A stretch of DNA of 64,000 nt from Macrostomum lignano (Eukaryota): positions 201,219 to 265,218 of the forward strand of contig NIVC01000858.1 in assembly GCA_002269645.1 (NCBI GenBank), read 5' to 3'. Both the position numbers and the translations under genes were made by a program. The notes below the pieces were generated by a model. That model saw only the letters and a program-made list of their open reading frames with translations, made no database searches and had not been told where the DNA came from. Positions 50,146 through 63,504 of this stretch are shown here, one piece after another (position 1 is the stretch's first letter; each line of letters opens with the position of its first letter).

Positions 50146-53100
50146 CTAGAGGTCGGTTGACACGACGCTGCGGCGAGGAGGCGCCTGCGGCTGCGGCGGC
50201 GCCTGATGCTGGCGGCGAGCCGCGGGCTGCGGAGGCTCCACCCAGCGGCTGACGGGGTCGGCGCCTGGCTGCACCGAGTATTCGAAGGTCCTGCCGCAGG
50301 TGGTGTCCACCGGCCGGATGCTCTGCGGCGGGAACTCGCGCCCGGTGTCCACGAACTCCTGCAGCGTGGCCAGCAGCCGGGGGTAGTGATGCCGCAGGCT
50401 GACGCCCCGCTGCCGCAGCTCCCGGCGAACTCGATCGAGCAGGTCCGCGCGGGACTGCCGCAGCTGCTGCTCCCGCCGCTGCTCCGCCTCTGCCGCGGCC
50501 GCCGACGCAGCTGCGACTGAGCCTTCGCTGTCTGGTCCGTCGTCTGCAGCGAGTCGCAGGAAGCACCAGGAGGTGACCAGCGGCCCGGAGTCGACGCTGA
50601 CGCCGGTGCAGAGCACGAGGGCGCCAGTCGGATCGCAGAGGCGGCAGGCTTCCGTGACCTCGCGGAGCTGCTCGCCGACCAGCCCGCAGGCGGCGAGGTC
50701 TCCCGCTGGCGCGAACACCGGCGGGCGCAGCGGCAGGGCGGCGGCGGCTCCCGACAGCAGCAGGAGGACGCAGCCGCGGCCGAGGCTGCGCTGCCCGGCG
50801 CGGGCCAACGCGGAGACGGCGCGGTGCGCGGCGGAGTCTTGCAGCAAGCGGCTGGCCGCACTTCGGCAAGCGTCGGCGGCGCGGGTGTAAGCGCAGCTGC
50901 GCTTGTGCGCTTCCCAGTGGCCGCGGCGGCAGTCGGAGCCGCAGTAGTAGGTGTAGCACCTGCTGCAGGACACAAAGCTTCTCTCAGATTCGGCCAGGTC
51001 AACGCGCTTGGCGCAGCGGGGGTTCACGCACTCCATCAAGTACCCGTTGACGTCCCGGATGACGCCCTGTCTCAGCTCTGCCGCCTGCATTGCCTCGTCG
51101 GCGAATCTGACCGGCGGTGAGTGGCGGCCATCCTGGGCTAACGCCGTCGCTGGCACCGCAGCCGCAGCCGCCGCCAGCTGTGCCGACAAGCCGCTGGCCC
51201 GGCCAGCCGCCAGCTGTCGATCCACGAAGGCCAACGCGGCCGACGTCTGCGACTGCCGGCCCAGCCCGTCCGCGTAGCTCACGGCCGCGGTGGTCTCCGG
51301 CTGATGCGCCAGCAGCCGCCCGTCCGGCTTCGGGCGTTGAAGCAGCTGCGCCGGAAGCATGGAAGTCTCGATCACCGTCTCTTCCTCCGACGCCGTGCCG
51401 TCATCGTCTTCGCTGCCGCTGCCGCTGCTGCCGCTGCTAGAAGACTCCGAGCTGCTGCTGGCCGACCGGTTCAGCTGCTTCGGGTCCGGGGCGCTGCGGC
51501 TCGGCGGCTTCTCCGGCTCGCCCTCTGACTCGCTGCTGATGTGCCGAACCGCCCCGTTGGTCAGGTGATGCCGAGGCGATGGCGCTGCCTGCTGCAGCTG
51601 CGGCTTCGACACTGGCTGCGGCTGCTGCGGCTGCGGCTGCGGCTGCTGCGGCTGCGGCTTCGACACTGGCTGCGGCTGCTGCTCGTCGTCCTCACCATCC
51701 GATTCCTCGGCCTCCGACGTCTCTTCCGAGTCCGTCGTGTCCGCTTCCGTCGAAGAGCTGCCCGTCGTGGACGAATCGTCCGACGAGTCCTCAGAAGAGC
51801 CGGAAGACTCGGCGTCTTCGTCGGCCTGCCGCTCCGCCGATCCACTCTCGGACTGCGTGTCCGAAGGAAAGTCCGTGGACACCGTGGTGCTGGTGTCACC
51901 GAGCTGCTGCACCTGCTGCTCTGAGACGTCCCGGAAGCTGCGGTCGATGAACATCATGGTGCTGGCATCGCTGGACTGCTGCTCATCGTCACGTGACTCG
52001 TCCGACGAGCCGTCCAGCGACTCCGGCGGCAGCGTCGACAGCCTCGGCGGTGGCGGCGGTGGCGAAGGTGGCGACTGCGGTGGAAGCGCGGACTCCGCCA
52101 CAGCGGCTTTGCGCGGCGCTACAAGAGTCTCTGCCGGGACCTCCGCTGCCGACTTCTCGGCCTTCGGCAGAAAGTCGGCCGGGTCCAGCTTCAGCGGCGC
52201 CAGCACCGAACTGGGCGCCACCGATGGTTTCACTGGCGCCCGCACCTGTTGCGGCGGCTGCTGCTGCTCGCGGCTGCTGCTGAAAGCCGCTGGCTGGCTG
52301 TCCCGCCGAATGCTGCTCTCGGTGAAGTACTTCCTCCTGGGCTCCTCCGGCGGCGCCATCGGGGGTGATCGCGACCGCTCCGAGGCGAAGGAGGTTTTCT
52401 TGAATTCGCCCTCGCTGGCCTCGCCGCGCCTGGCGCTGAGCGAGCTGTAGCCCGGGCTGAACAGCGACGGCCGCGCGGGCAGGCTCACGAACTTCGGGAT
52501 GATCAGCGGCTGCAGGCTCTGGTCGGTGGTGTCAGTGGCAGCGGCCGACTCCCGCCCGGAGCCCAGGCTGTGCCGAGTGGACCAGGGCCGAGGCGCCTCT
52601 GCCGCTGCGGGGCCGGCTTCTGCAGCCGAGTCCTGGCTGAGCTTCAAGTTGTCCATCCATCTGGGGATGTCCAGGCGTGACAGCGACTTGCAGATGGCCT
52701 TCTCGCTTTCCGAGGTTGCGCGCTCCTCCAGGCGCTGAATGAAAGTTTTCTCCTGCTGCTGCTGGCGCCGCTTCGAGTTGGTGCGACTCGCCTTGACGCG
52801 CCTGGCGGTCATGGGCGCGGCGCCGGAGTCGAGCAGATCCTCGCTGTTGGCCCTGTTGAGCCGCTGGTCCAGCTCCGCGTCCCGGGTGCCGAGGCCGTCG
52901 AAAACACCGCCCGGTGTGGTCGGCGGCGCGGTCGCCAAGTTCAGCAGGCTCTGCGACTTCGGCGCCGGGCTCAGCGGTGACTCGGCGTCTACGTCCGTCT
53001 CCGTGACGATCTCGTGGCTCAGCTCTTCGCCGGTGTCGATGTCCGTCTCGATGAGCGACACGTAGGACTTGGAGTCGTTCGCGTGGCCCCCGGCTGCTCC

Positions 53101-54665
53101 CGCCGCGGCGACGGCTCTCGCGTCTCCAGCCAGCATGCTGCGCCGCAGGTCGAACAGCGAGACGGATTTGTAGTTGCCGGGCTCCGTGTCGAAGGCGTTC
53201 AGGTCGTATCTGGAGCCCGCTGCCGAGGCGCCCTCACCGACGCCACCGTCGGGCAGGTCGTCAATGTCGGTGGACACGAAGCGCCGCCGACCGGAGCCAG
53301 AGATCTGGGAATAAACCTGCAGGGCGCTGTGGTCGTCCAGCAGCTCCCGCAGCTGGTACATGCTGCGCGAGGAGTCCTTGCTGAGGGTGCTGCAGGCGCT
53401 GCGGGCCCGGTAGTCGCTCGGGCTGTTGCTGCCGCCGGAGCGCAGCGAGCCGGACTGGCCCGGCCTGGCCGCCGGGTCGAACACCGGCCGGCGGAAATAT
53501 TCATTGCGGGCCCTCTGGAGCCGCTCCTGGTCCAGCTGCAGTGAGGACTGATGGTGCCGCGGCTGCGGCCGGGCGGCCCCGGGTGGCACCGCCGTCTCCT
53601 GCAGCACGGAGCGGTAGGGCCGCTTCTGCAACTCCTCCGGGCTCGCCTTGCTGGCGGTGGTTGGCGAGCTGGGATCGCTGGTGTCGGAGATGTAGGCGCT
53701 CTCCACCATCTGGCCGCCCAGGAGTGTGGTGTCGCCGCTCTGCGGACTTACGGCCTGCCGCTCCGGCGACATCGGCGCCTCGTTGAGGACGATTGGCGAC
53801 CGCGGCGGAACTGCGGCTGGCAGCGGCGCCTCCATCTGGCGCTGCCTGGCAAGCTGGCGTGCCTTCAGCGCGTCCAGCTGCCGCTTGAGATCCAGGAAGC
53901 GCTCCTGGTCGGAGCGAATCCGACCCAGCCTGTCCGTTGCCTCCACCGACTCGTCCGTCTTCAGCTGCTCCATGAGCTGCACCTCCGACTGTACAGCCTT
54001 GGTGGCCCTCCGGCAGTAATCGTCCGCGATTTCCTGGCGCCGCTCCGTGTTGTAGCGGCTCTGGATGACGGACCGGGTGGCGGCCTCGAAGTCCGCGTAG
54101 TCAGCCTTGTCGCCTTTGGCTGGCGACGGCAGCTCCTGGGTGACGGTCTCCTGCGTGGTGTCCTGCCGGCCCAGCCGCAGCAGGGAGAACACGTTCTCTG
54201 AGTTGTCCCGGCTGTCAAGTCGCCGAGGCGAGCTCACGACCCGCTTCTTGTCCGGGTCGGCCGGGTCGGTACCCGGGTCGGGAGACTCCCGCCGCTGCAG
54301 CTCGCTGTCGCTGCTGACGGTGATCTGCAGGCGGCTGGGCTCCAGCACGGGGCTCGGGCGCACAGTGCAGGAGGTGGAGATGAATATCCGGTACTCCTCG
54401 GCTCCTTGGCGGGCTCTGCCGCGGGCCAGAGCCGCGCCCGCGATGCTGGCGGCCCGGGCGGTGGCCCGCGCGATGGCGGTGGTCGGGTTGGCGCCGCTGG
54501 CCTCCGTGGTGACGAAGGCCTCCGAGCCGCTGCTGCCGGACCCGTCGGCGTCCTCGGGGCCGTCCGCCGCCTCGCCGTCGGCGCCACCGAGCTGGCTGAG
54601 CTGCTCGCCCTTCGCGTTGGTGATGCGGGCTCTGGAGGACGCCACGGCCTGCACCGCGCCGCGGC
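50146..54665 (-). CDS. AJM1: Apical junction component 1 homolog, terminal 4.5-kb exon
   Basis: The 1500-aa open frame ends in the AJM1 domain: C.NPRC...SCSRCYTYYCGSDCRRGHWEAHKRSC.Y.R...C...HRAVSALAR.G..SLGRG and LRQRGVSLRHHYPR...EFVDTG..FPP..I.PVD. The acceptor TGACTCCAG gives phase 1 at 54665. Confidence 0.9.
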
Positions 54666-55014
54666 CTGGAGTCAGTTTTGCGGGATTTAACTGTGCTTAT
54701 GCCTGCAGCCTCATTTATTTACCTTGGAAACCTGAAAGCCTGACAGATTCTACTATTTTGCGAGATCAGCTCACCACCCTCTGAGCTGCGCGATACAGCC
54801 AGGTGGAAAATTCCACACTTCAAGTCAGAGAGCCGGCAAACTTAGCGAATTGGCTACATTTTGATTCCTGTCCGGCATGAAACCTGCGCCTCACAGGCCG
54901 CCTGCGCCCACCCAAGTCGAGGCTTCGAAGTTTTTTTGCGTCGTTAAGCAGCGCCATTTCCCCAAAAATGTCTCCGGAGAAAAACTGCATGAAAATAATC
55001 GATTTGCCACTCAC

Positions 55015-55717
55015 CGCTGCGCCATTGGTCCAGCGGCCCGCTCGGGGCGAACTGGTACGACCCGGCGCTGACCTTCTCCAGCGCCAGAGGCTCCTCGACT
55101 GCTGGCGGCGCGTCCGCCTCCGCATTCGCTTCCGCCTTCATCTCTGCGGCTGATGCCGCTGCTTCAGCTTCCGCCAGCGGCTCCGCACAGCTGCTGTTGT
55201 TCTTTTGCGGCTGGTCTGTCTGGCCACCCTCCGACTCCGCCGACTTCGCTGACTCCGCCGACTCCGCCGACTCCGCCGACTCCGCCGACTCCGCCGATTC
55301 CGCCAACTCCGCCGACTTTGAGGACTCGCTGGAGTCCGACTCGGGCGGCTCGCTTGACCGGCCTGACTGCTCTGCGTCCAGGCGCGGCACTTTCGCCTCC
55401 GGCGGCTCGTTCAGGGCTTTGCGCTTCCTGACCACCTCGGCGTCGTCCTCCGGTGTCGGCTGCGGCAGCGGCTCCGCGCTGGCCCCTCCGTCCACCGAAT
55501 CGGCGACTTCAACGTCTGGCGCTGCCGTCTCGCCCGGCTGCTCATCGTCCCCAGCCGAGGACTCTGCATCGGTGGACCGGTCGTCGTCTCCAGCCGTGCT
55601 GGAGGTCGCCGTCGAGCTGCTCGATTCGTCCTCGTCTTCGCTGGTTGAATACTCGATGTCCTCCGCCGCTTCCGGCAGAAACCTTCGCTGAGCAGCCCGC
55701 GGCATGGGCGTCGGGGT
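55015..55717 (-). CDS. AJM1: AJM1 upstream exon (acidic, Ser-rich)
   Basis: Acceptor CCACTTCAG (phase 0) and donor G|GTGAGT (phase 1) match the neighbouring exons, and the frame is open. Confidence 0.75.
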
Positions 55718-55749
55718 CTGAAGTGGAGCGGGGATTTACGGCTTGGAAA

Positions 55750-55830
55750 TCACAGACTGGAGATCACAGACTGGAGATCACAGACTGCAGGTCACAGACA
55801 AGATGGAGGTCACAGACTGGAGGTCACAGT
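55750..55830. repeat. 14-bp repeat TCACAGACTGGAG(A/G) (~5 copies) in an AJM1 intron
   Basis: Directly visible. Confidence 0.75.
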
Positions 55831-56449
55831 ACATGGCTTACCGCATTGATACCTTGCATTTCTATGCTGAAGACAATGGTTTTGTTGAGTCCTGCTGCTA
55901 ACTGAAGAAAACGCTGTTTAAGCAGAGTCTGCTAAGATACTTGTTGCCGCAAACCCAAAGCCGGAACTGAGCCCAAGAAATGCCAAATTCTGTGCAAGCG
56001 CAGTCGCGGCAGGCAATGAAGCGAAGACAAATGGAAAAAAACCTGGCAAAGCTCGCCGCCGCGCTCACAAGGCCGAGCATCAAATGTTTTGCCTTTTTGT
56101 TGAGCAGCTCTCTGGGGGTTGTGGGCAGGGCTCAGACTGAGGCAGACAGAGATAAGGAGGCCATTTGCGCCGGCTAATTTAGGCAGTGCTGGCTGAGCCC
56201 CTCCTGCCCGTATCTCGGCTTGCAAGAGAGCAGAGAGCAGAGCGGAGTACACGCTAAGAGACTCAAGCTCTCTTGGCGCATTGAGTCACCGGGCGAGATA
56301 CCCAAGGCTGGCCAATGCGGGCGGTCTGGGCTATGGAATGAGAAACACGAAGCGGCAAAGGCGCCAAAGAAGAGAGCGAGACAGACGCAGAGCCATCGGC
56401 AAACAGGGCGGGGAATTGCCTCACAATTGCAACTTTAAGAGCTGCTCAC

Positions 56450-56523
56450 CTTTGCTGTCGAGTCGCCCGACATCGCGGCAGCCGCAGCCGCCGCAGCCGC
56501 CACCACGTCTTCCATCGGCTCGT
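56450..56523 (-). CDS. AJM1: AJM1 74-nt exon (DEPMEDVVAAAAAAAAAMSGDSTAK), missed by the ORF track
   Basis: CTCCTCCTGCAG acceptor and AAG|GTGAGC donor. It is phase 1 in and phase 0 out, which exactly bridges the flanking exons. Confidence 0.75.
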
Positions 56524-56994
56524 CTGCAGGAGGAGCGGGCGGGTGGAGAGATTTCTTTATTGAATTCTGCGGCTCAGAAACCGTTTAGAAAGCCAAAACT
56601 GCTTAGGAAGACTGGCAGAAGTTCTCACGACCAGGCGGGGTCGCCGTGTTTATGGCAGAGCCGCGAGCGGAATTTCGCCTACGATTCGTGCCGCGTCCAA
56701 CTTGCCCGAATTCCAACTAAATGGGAGGTGCTTGGCAGGCCGGCGGGGCAGATCTGGTACCCGCCACCTGCCCAGCCAGCCGCCAAACAGGTGCACAGTC
56801 CGCAATGCCCCCCTGGTCTCTGCGCAGCTCCCTCCCTCCCTCCTGATAAGCGAAAGCGCCGCGCCCTTCTGACCGCCCCCCTTTGGAGTCGGGCTTGCAA
56901 ATTAGGGAGGGGCTGCCCGCACTGCCGGATTGGCTTTCACTGCACGGCTGCACCTCTGGCTCTGTGCCTCTGGCTCTCTTTGCACTGGCTGCGG

Positions 56995-57454
56995 TGAGTG
57001 AGTGAGGGAGTGAGTGAGTGAGTGAGTGAGTGAGTGAGTGAGTGAGTGAGTGAGTGAGTGAGTGAGTGAGTGAGTGAGTGAGTGAGTGAGTGAGTGAGTG
57101 AGTGAGTGAGTGAGTGAGTGAGTGAGTGAGTGAGTGAGTGAGTGAGTGAGTGAGTGAGTGAGTGAGTGAGTGAGTGAGTGAGTGAGTGAGTGAGTGAGTG
57201 AGTGAGTGAGTGAGTGAGTGAGTGAGTGAGTGAGTGAGTGAGTGAGTGAGTGAGTGAGTGAGTGAGTGAGTGAGTGAGTGAGTGAGTGAGTGAGTGAGTG
57301 AGTGAGTGAGTGAGTGAGTGAGTGAGTGAGTGAGTGAGTGAGTGAGTGAGTGAGTGAGTGAGTGAGTGAGTGAGTGAGTGAGTGAGTGAGTGAGTGAGTG
57401 AGTGAGTGAGTGAGTGAGTGAGTGAGTGAGTGAGTGAGTGAGTGAGTGAGTGAG
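56995..57454. repeat. (GAGT)n microsatellite, ~115 copies
   Basis: Directly visible. Confidence 0.98.
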
Positions 57455-58083
57455 GGAAGCCACTGCAGGCACCTGCTCTCTCCTGCTCACCCGGCATAGA
57501 AGCGCACAAGCGGGCGATTTGTCAGCCTGACTTACAAAGGCGGCTCCCACACCCAGTGATTCGGCGCTCCCCAGCCAGGCCGCAGCCCCGGGCCAAACCA
57601 GCCCTCCCCGCCCTCCCCGCCCTCCCCGTCTTAATGGCGACCCCGAAATCACCGATAAATCGATTATCTGTGCCGGCCTCGCGCAGCCAGGCGCGGCTCA
57701 CAGCGCACCAGTTGAATTTCTCTGCTCTGCGCTCCGCCGAGATCCGAGCGTCTCCGAGAACTCTGATCCCATGCGCGCAATGCTTCTGCCCCTGCTCAGC
57801 TCCCAGTGACTCCCCTCCGAGCCTTGTTAGGTCAGCGCTGATGGCCTGAAGAAAGTTCTTCTGCTCGGGCTGCCGATCTCCGCCACTGCCCCATCAAATT
57901 AAAGCATTTGAGGATGCGCCGAAGGCCTGACTGATCCCCTGACACTCGCAGTAATTGCATTTGTCCACAGCCCGCGGCTCCACGTCTCCCTGATCAGCCG
58001 CTTAGCCATCGAGTCCTCATTTGGGAAATCTCCCAGCTTTGTCAGAGGGGTCGAGATTTGAAAGACCGCGAGATCATTCATTC

Positions 58084-58782
58084 GCCAGTGCTCAGATTAG
58101 CTATAAGAATGCCGGAACTCACACTGGTCCATCGCAGCGCCCCCCTCCCCAGTGCTCAGATTAGCTATAAGAATGCCGGAACTCACACTGGTCCATCGCA
58201 GCGCCCCCCTCCCAGTGCTCAGATTAGCTATAAGAATGCCGGAACTCACACTGGTCCATCGCAGCGCCCCCCTCCCCAGTGCTCAGATTAGCTATAAGAA
58301 TGCCGGAACTCACACTGGTCCATCGCAGCGCCCCCCTCCCCAGTGCTCAGATTAGCTATAAGAATGCCGGAACTCACACTGGTCCATCGCAGCGCCCCCT
58401 CCCCAGTGCTCAGATTAGCTATAAGAATGCCGGAACTCACACTGGTCCATCGCAGCGCCCCCCTCCCCAGTGCTCAGATTAGCTATAAGAATGCCGGAAC
58501 TCACACTGGTCCATCGCAGCGCCCCCCTCCCCAGTGCTCAGATTAGCTATAAGAATGCCGGAACTCACACTGGTCCATCTCAGCGGCCCCCCTCCCCAGT
58601 GCTCAGATTAGCTATAAGAATGCCGGAACTCACACTGGTCCATCTCAGCGGCCCCCCTCCCCAGTGCTCAGATTAGCTATAGGAATGCCGGAACTCACAC
58701 TGGTCCATCGCAGCGCCCCCCCCCCCCAGTGCTCAGATTAGCTATAAGAATGCCGGAACTCACACTGGTCCATCGCAGCGGC
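58084..58782. repeat. 63/64-bp minisatellite (~11 copies) in an AJM1 intron
   Basis: CCAGTGCTCAGATTAGCTATAAGAATGCCGGAACTCACACTGGTCCATCGCAGCGCCCCCCTCC (58085, 58149, 58212). Confidence 0.95.
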
Positions 58783-59666
58783 CCCCAGCGGCTCCGCCCG
58801 CAGCTCAATGACCAGGCGCTTGCGGCACGCAGAGCACCGCTTCACCATCACCCGAACCAGCGCGCCTTGGGACATGCTGTGCTCAACAATTCTTGGCTGC
58901 AGCTGCAGCCTGCTTGTAGTCCAGTTTCTAATATAACAATTCCTTAGCAACTCGGTGGCAGAGTCTGAGACCGGAACGCCCCATTATTTGTAATGCTACG
59001 TGAGCTGGCGGAGTGCCATAGACATGGGTAGCCGGCTGTTCTTTTGTACTCTATTTTAGCAGCAGCCGGATGCAGCTGGAGGGGCCCCATCAATAATTAA
59101 CAAAGCTGGGCTGGCATGAAGGGGGAGACCGCACTGTCCCAGCGGAGATGACGGAGATGGAGCAATAGAAGCCGCAGCATCCCTCTGAGCCGGGCATTGG
59201 AGGGAAGGGTTAAGTCTCTCCAAAGTAGGCAAAGTCCCGTTGATTCCCGACAGCTTAAGGCGGCGGCAAGGCTTGCGGAGTGTTTCACCCGGGCCAGGAT
59301 TTCAACTGCCAAGTAGCCAGCAGTGGCTCAAGGGCCTGAAGGACTGCTGCATCCATTATCAACTGCATTGACTGCTTTCACTACACTAATTAAGTCGGTT
59401 TCTCACGGGTCTTGTGCGCAATATGCGGCTACTCGAAAGCAAAAGTGTGCCCCTCCCCCAATGCCAAATTTCCAGGCAAAACGACCCACCGTGTGGCACT
59501 CATTATGCGAGCTCAAGCGGTGTCTACCGGGGGAAGCGGAGCACGAGAAACTTTTGTATTTATAATTTTACCAACTGGCGCTGGCCTCAGCCGCTTCTAA
59601 TAGCCGTTTAATAGGCCCTCGGCCCTCGATAAAGAGCAGCGTGCCCGGCCCGCCCAGGCCACTCAC

Positions 59667-61342
59667 CGAACCGCGTCACTTCAGTCTCCTCGTCGGCTTC
59701 GTCAAGCTCCTCCTCAGTCTCAATGAGCTGGCTGCCCCGCAGGCTGTTGTCGCCGCTGCCACCGCGGCCCTCCGTCACTGTGGCGAACGACTCGCAGCTC
59801 TCCCTGGCCGTGTAGAAGGTGGACGCCGAGTCGCTCTGCAGGCCGCCGCTCTGCAGCTCCTCGGCACTGCGCGCCGCTCTCAGGCGGCTCTCCTGGTCAG
59901 CAGCGGCTGCAGTGGCAGCTGCCGTGGCTGAGCTGAAGTCCGGGTTGCTCTTGCGAATCTCCTGCATCTCGATGTCCCGCTGGATGGCGGAGCGCGCAGC
60001 GCCACCTCCTCCTCCTCTGTCTCCATTGGGCTGGCGTACTTCTCCTCGATCTTTGCAGCCGGCAGCACGCGTCCTCGTCGTCCTCCTCCTCATCCTCATC
60101 TTCCGAGCTGCTGATCTCATCGGAGCTCTCCTCCAGGATGGGAAACAGACAGCGGCTGCTGCCGATCATCTGGCTGCTGGCCCTGAGAATGTCGTGGATG
60201 CTCTGGTACTCGAAGCTCGGCTGGTCGTACGAGGCGTCCTTCTCGTACGTGTTGATGATGAAGTCCGAGATGTCGCTCTCTTCGTCCTCGCTGGACTCGG
60301 CCGGCGACCCCGGCGGCGCGTCCGTCTCCTCCGACGCCGCCGCAGTTCCAGCCGTCGATGCCGGTTCCACCGGCTTTGGCAGCGGCGGCAGCGGGGGCGG
60401 ACGCGACGGCAGCTGCTGTGGCTGGCCGCTCCGAGCTTTGATCTTCAGCAGGATGTCGCGCGTCTTGTCGCTGAACTCCGGGTAGTAGGCGGCGTCCTGC
60501 TGCGTTGCGTTGGCGTCGCCGCCGCCGCTGCAGAATGTTGAAGTCCCCCAGAGACCGCCGCCGCCGTAGACTCCGGTGTCGTGCGAGTCGAGCGGCTCCA
60601 GCGAGTCCCGGTCCATGGCAACGGCCCGCGAGCCGGTGGGGTCGCTCTGGGTCCGGTCCTCGGGTGCGGCCGGTGCCTCAGCGCAATCTGCAGCCCGTCC
60701 TCGTGGTATTCCTCGGTGAAGTTAGCGGCCAGATCGTCCGCCCCGACATGGCCAAGCTGTTGCTGGTGATGGAGATGCCCGCGCCGGCTCTCTGCAGCTT
60801 CTCCAGGTGCAGATCGTCCGTGGAGCCCCTGCCGGAGTGGTGCTGCTGCGGGGAGTCGCCCTCCGTGTCCAGAATTCTGGCCAGCGCTGTGAAGTCCGAC
60901 TTCACGGAGGTCATGAGGTCCTCGATGCTCGAGGCTCCATCCGGTGGCTGCCGCGGCTGCGACCACAGCGGCGGCTGCGCAGCGGCGCTTCGGGTTCCGG
61001 CGCGACTCTTTAATGGCGAGTAGAAGGCCCCGTCTGCGGCCTCGCCGTCCAGACTGTCCGAGTCCGACAGGCTCTCATCGCGGAACTCGCGACACTCGTC
61101 TTGACTGGGCGACTCGAGAGACATCGGCTGCGGATACTGCTGCTGCTGCTGAAGCTGCTCGCCGGGCAGCTGGAGGTTCGAGTTGATGCTCAGCATGTCC
61201 GCTTGACCTCGCTGAGCGCAGTTTCCAGGGAGCTGTAGCGCTCGTCCCGCAGCTGCGCCATTCTGTCCAGGTCAGCACCGTCAGCTGGCGGGACCTCCGC
61301 CGACATCGAAGGCTCGGGGTTGCCGGCTGGCCGCCCGCGCCG
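59667..61342 (-). CDS. AJM1: Probable 5' coding exon of AJM1, broken by five apparent 1-nt deletions
   Basis: Consecutive GC3-rich segments read MSAEVPP..ALSEVKR / DMLSINSN.. / ADDLAANFTEEY.. / MDRDSLEP..EDDED / VLPAAKIEEKY.. / SAIQRDIEMQE..TEVTRF. The donor G|GTGAGT at 59667 is phase 1, matching the 56523 exon. Confidence 0.6.
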
Positions 61343-63504
61343 CTGCGTTGGCGATTGCGAATTGAAAACCGGCAGAGTGGAAAGCGAACTTCCGACCTCG
61401 CCCTGCAGCAGCGTCTGTGATGGGCAAATCGGGGGTCAAATCCGGTGAAGCAGCCCTTGGTGCCTGTTTGGGGCAGGTAAAAGCAGCAATGGGGAGCTCG
61501 CGCCTAAAATCGCACTGCAATGCGGCGGCTTTCCTGAGCAGAGCAGAGCTCTCTGCAGCCTGGCTGTACGGGCGGGGTTGCCTTTTAAAAGAGCTGACGC
61601 AGCCGCGTGTACGAGAGTGGGGGGGGGGGGTGGGCAATAAAGCCCCGGGGTGGCTGCCTCTGCCGCGCCTACGTAGCTATTTGCGCTGGCGTCTTTGCGC
61701 CCGAGCCGGGCGGGCCAAAGTGCGTCTCCGTGCGTGCGAGACCGGCCTTTTTCTTCTCTTCAGAGCCGTCTGCGCCTCTCCGCCTCTCCGCCGTGTCTCC
61801 CCAGCCGGTGAGACAATGCGAAGGCTGTTGGCTTGCTGTGCTAAAAATGAATTCGCTTTGAACGGCGCACGCTGGTGACTCACGCACGGCCAGTGTGACC
61901 TGAACAGACAAAGGTGTTTTGCACGTTGGCTAATTAGTATTCTATTGACCCATCTCACCTGCGGAAGCGAGACGGAGAAGGACAGCCGAAATTTCCAAAA
62001 ACGGCGATTCACAATGTACGCTTCGGAGCGGAGCCTCCCGCGAGCCGCGAGCTGCGCCAAGAGATCTCGCGCGCGGTTCCAGTGAAAATCTACGTGAGCT
62101 TCACTTTGAGCAGCGCTTTGGAACAGGCGGCACGGGCGGCCTTCTCACCGGCCGCTGGGACGATGAGAGGCCATTTTTAGCAACTGGGCAAAACTGGGGA
62201 GGCTGCGCTCAGAAATCCTCATAGGGCCAAGAAAGGAGGCGAGAATAGCACTGGGAAAGGCTTTGAGCAGCGGTGAGTCACCGCATTGTCCGTCGGGCCT
62301 CTCCGCCCGCCGATTTGCTGAGCAGGCCGTGTGAGCACAGCATGTGCGGCTGCCTCTGCACTGAGTCTCCCTGCCCCAGACCCGCCTCTCCTTCCCGTGC
62401 CAGCGACAGACGAGCGTTCGCCCTCCGCCTTCCTCACCCGCCTGCCAACCTCTTCTTCTCTGCGCAGACGCCCCCAGCCTTCCTTTCTCGGCTCAGCGGA
62501 GAGCGGAGCGGGCAGCCGCAGCGATGGGCAGGCCTGCAGTATAAGAGCGACCGCTTTGCCAAACTTGCAAGACCGTATCTGCGGTGCAGCTCACAGCTTG
62601 TTATTGTATTTTACGATATCCTTTTCACCGCTGTGCGAATAAGTACGCGGCCAACCAGCCCGTGCTGCTCAAGTATTCCAAGTGTTTACGGATAGACTGG
62701 AGTTTCTCTGCAGGGGAGATTCATGGCATATAGCATTGTTGATGGATTAGCAAAGGCACTGAGCACAGGGGGCGGCATGAATCTTACAATTTCACGCGGC
62801 AAGTGATTTATAAACTGGCTGAGTTACCGCCCGTAGATCAAGCGAGTGCGATCACAATTTCGTTTGCGAGAAGTTACAATGATAATAATTTGAGAACGCG
62901 ATATTTTGTTGCGGTGTGCAATGCGCACGCTTACTACTAGCTATTGATACTTGTGAAGAATAATTAAAAAAGAATAATCAGTTCGTAAAATCCTAGCGCA
63001 ATGCAGGTCTGTGGTAGTTTGAAGCCATTACTGGCCGCAAATTAATCCACATCAGCTCAGAGATCACTAAGCAGGTGCAGAGCAGTCAATAACTCTTTAA
63101 CTCGTCAAGGAAGTCTCACAGTACGTAGAAGGACTGCAAAAAATAGAGCAGAGATTTTTTATCTGTTTTGTGTCTTATTAAACTCTTCCTGACAGTTGCT
63201 TTCTGCGTAGGAAAGCCTTCAAAATGTTTTCTAAGAAATTTGATGTTGCCCCACTGCTTGTTCGTCCTGGGCACTCGTACGCAACGCATTTACAGTCAGG
63301 TGAATCCGGGTCCATCAAGTTGCTGGTGTCGCAAAAAGTCTTCCTGAAAACGCAGCTGGTCCCTGGAATTCAATATGGTGTGAGCAACATGAGGGTGCTG
63401 GTCGGTGGCAAGAGACTCGCTCTATCGCATCATATTTATTTCCTTGCGTAGTCAAATATTTATGAAATTGGTTTTAAGTACCAAGGCAAAATGCATGATT
63501 TGCA

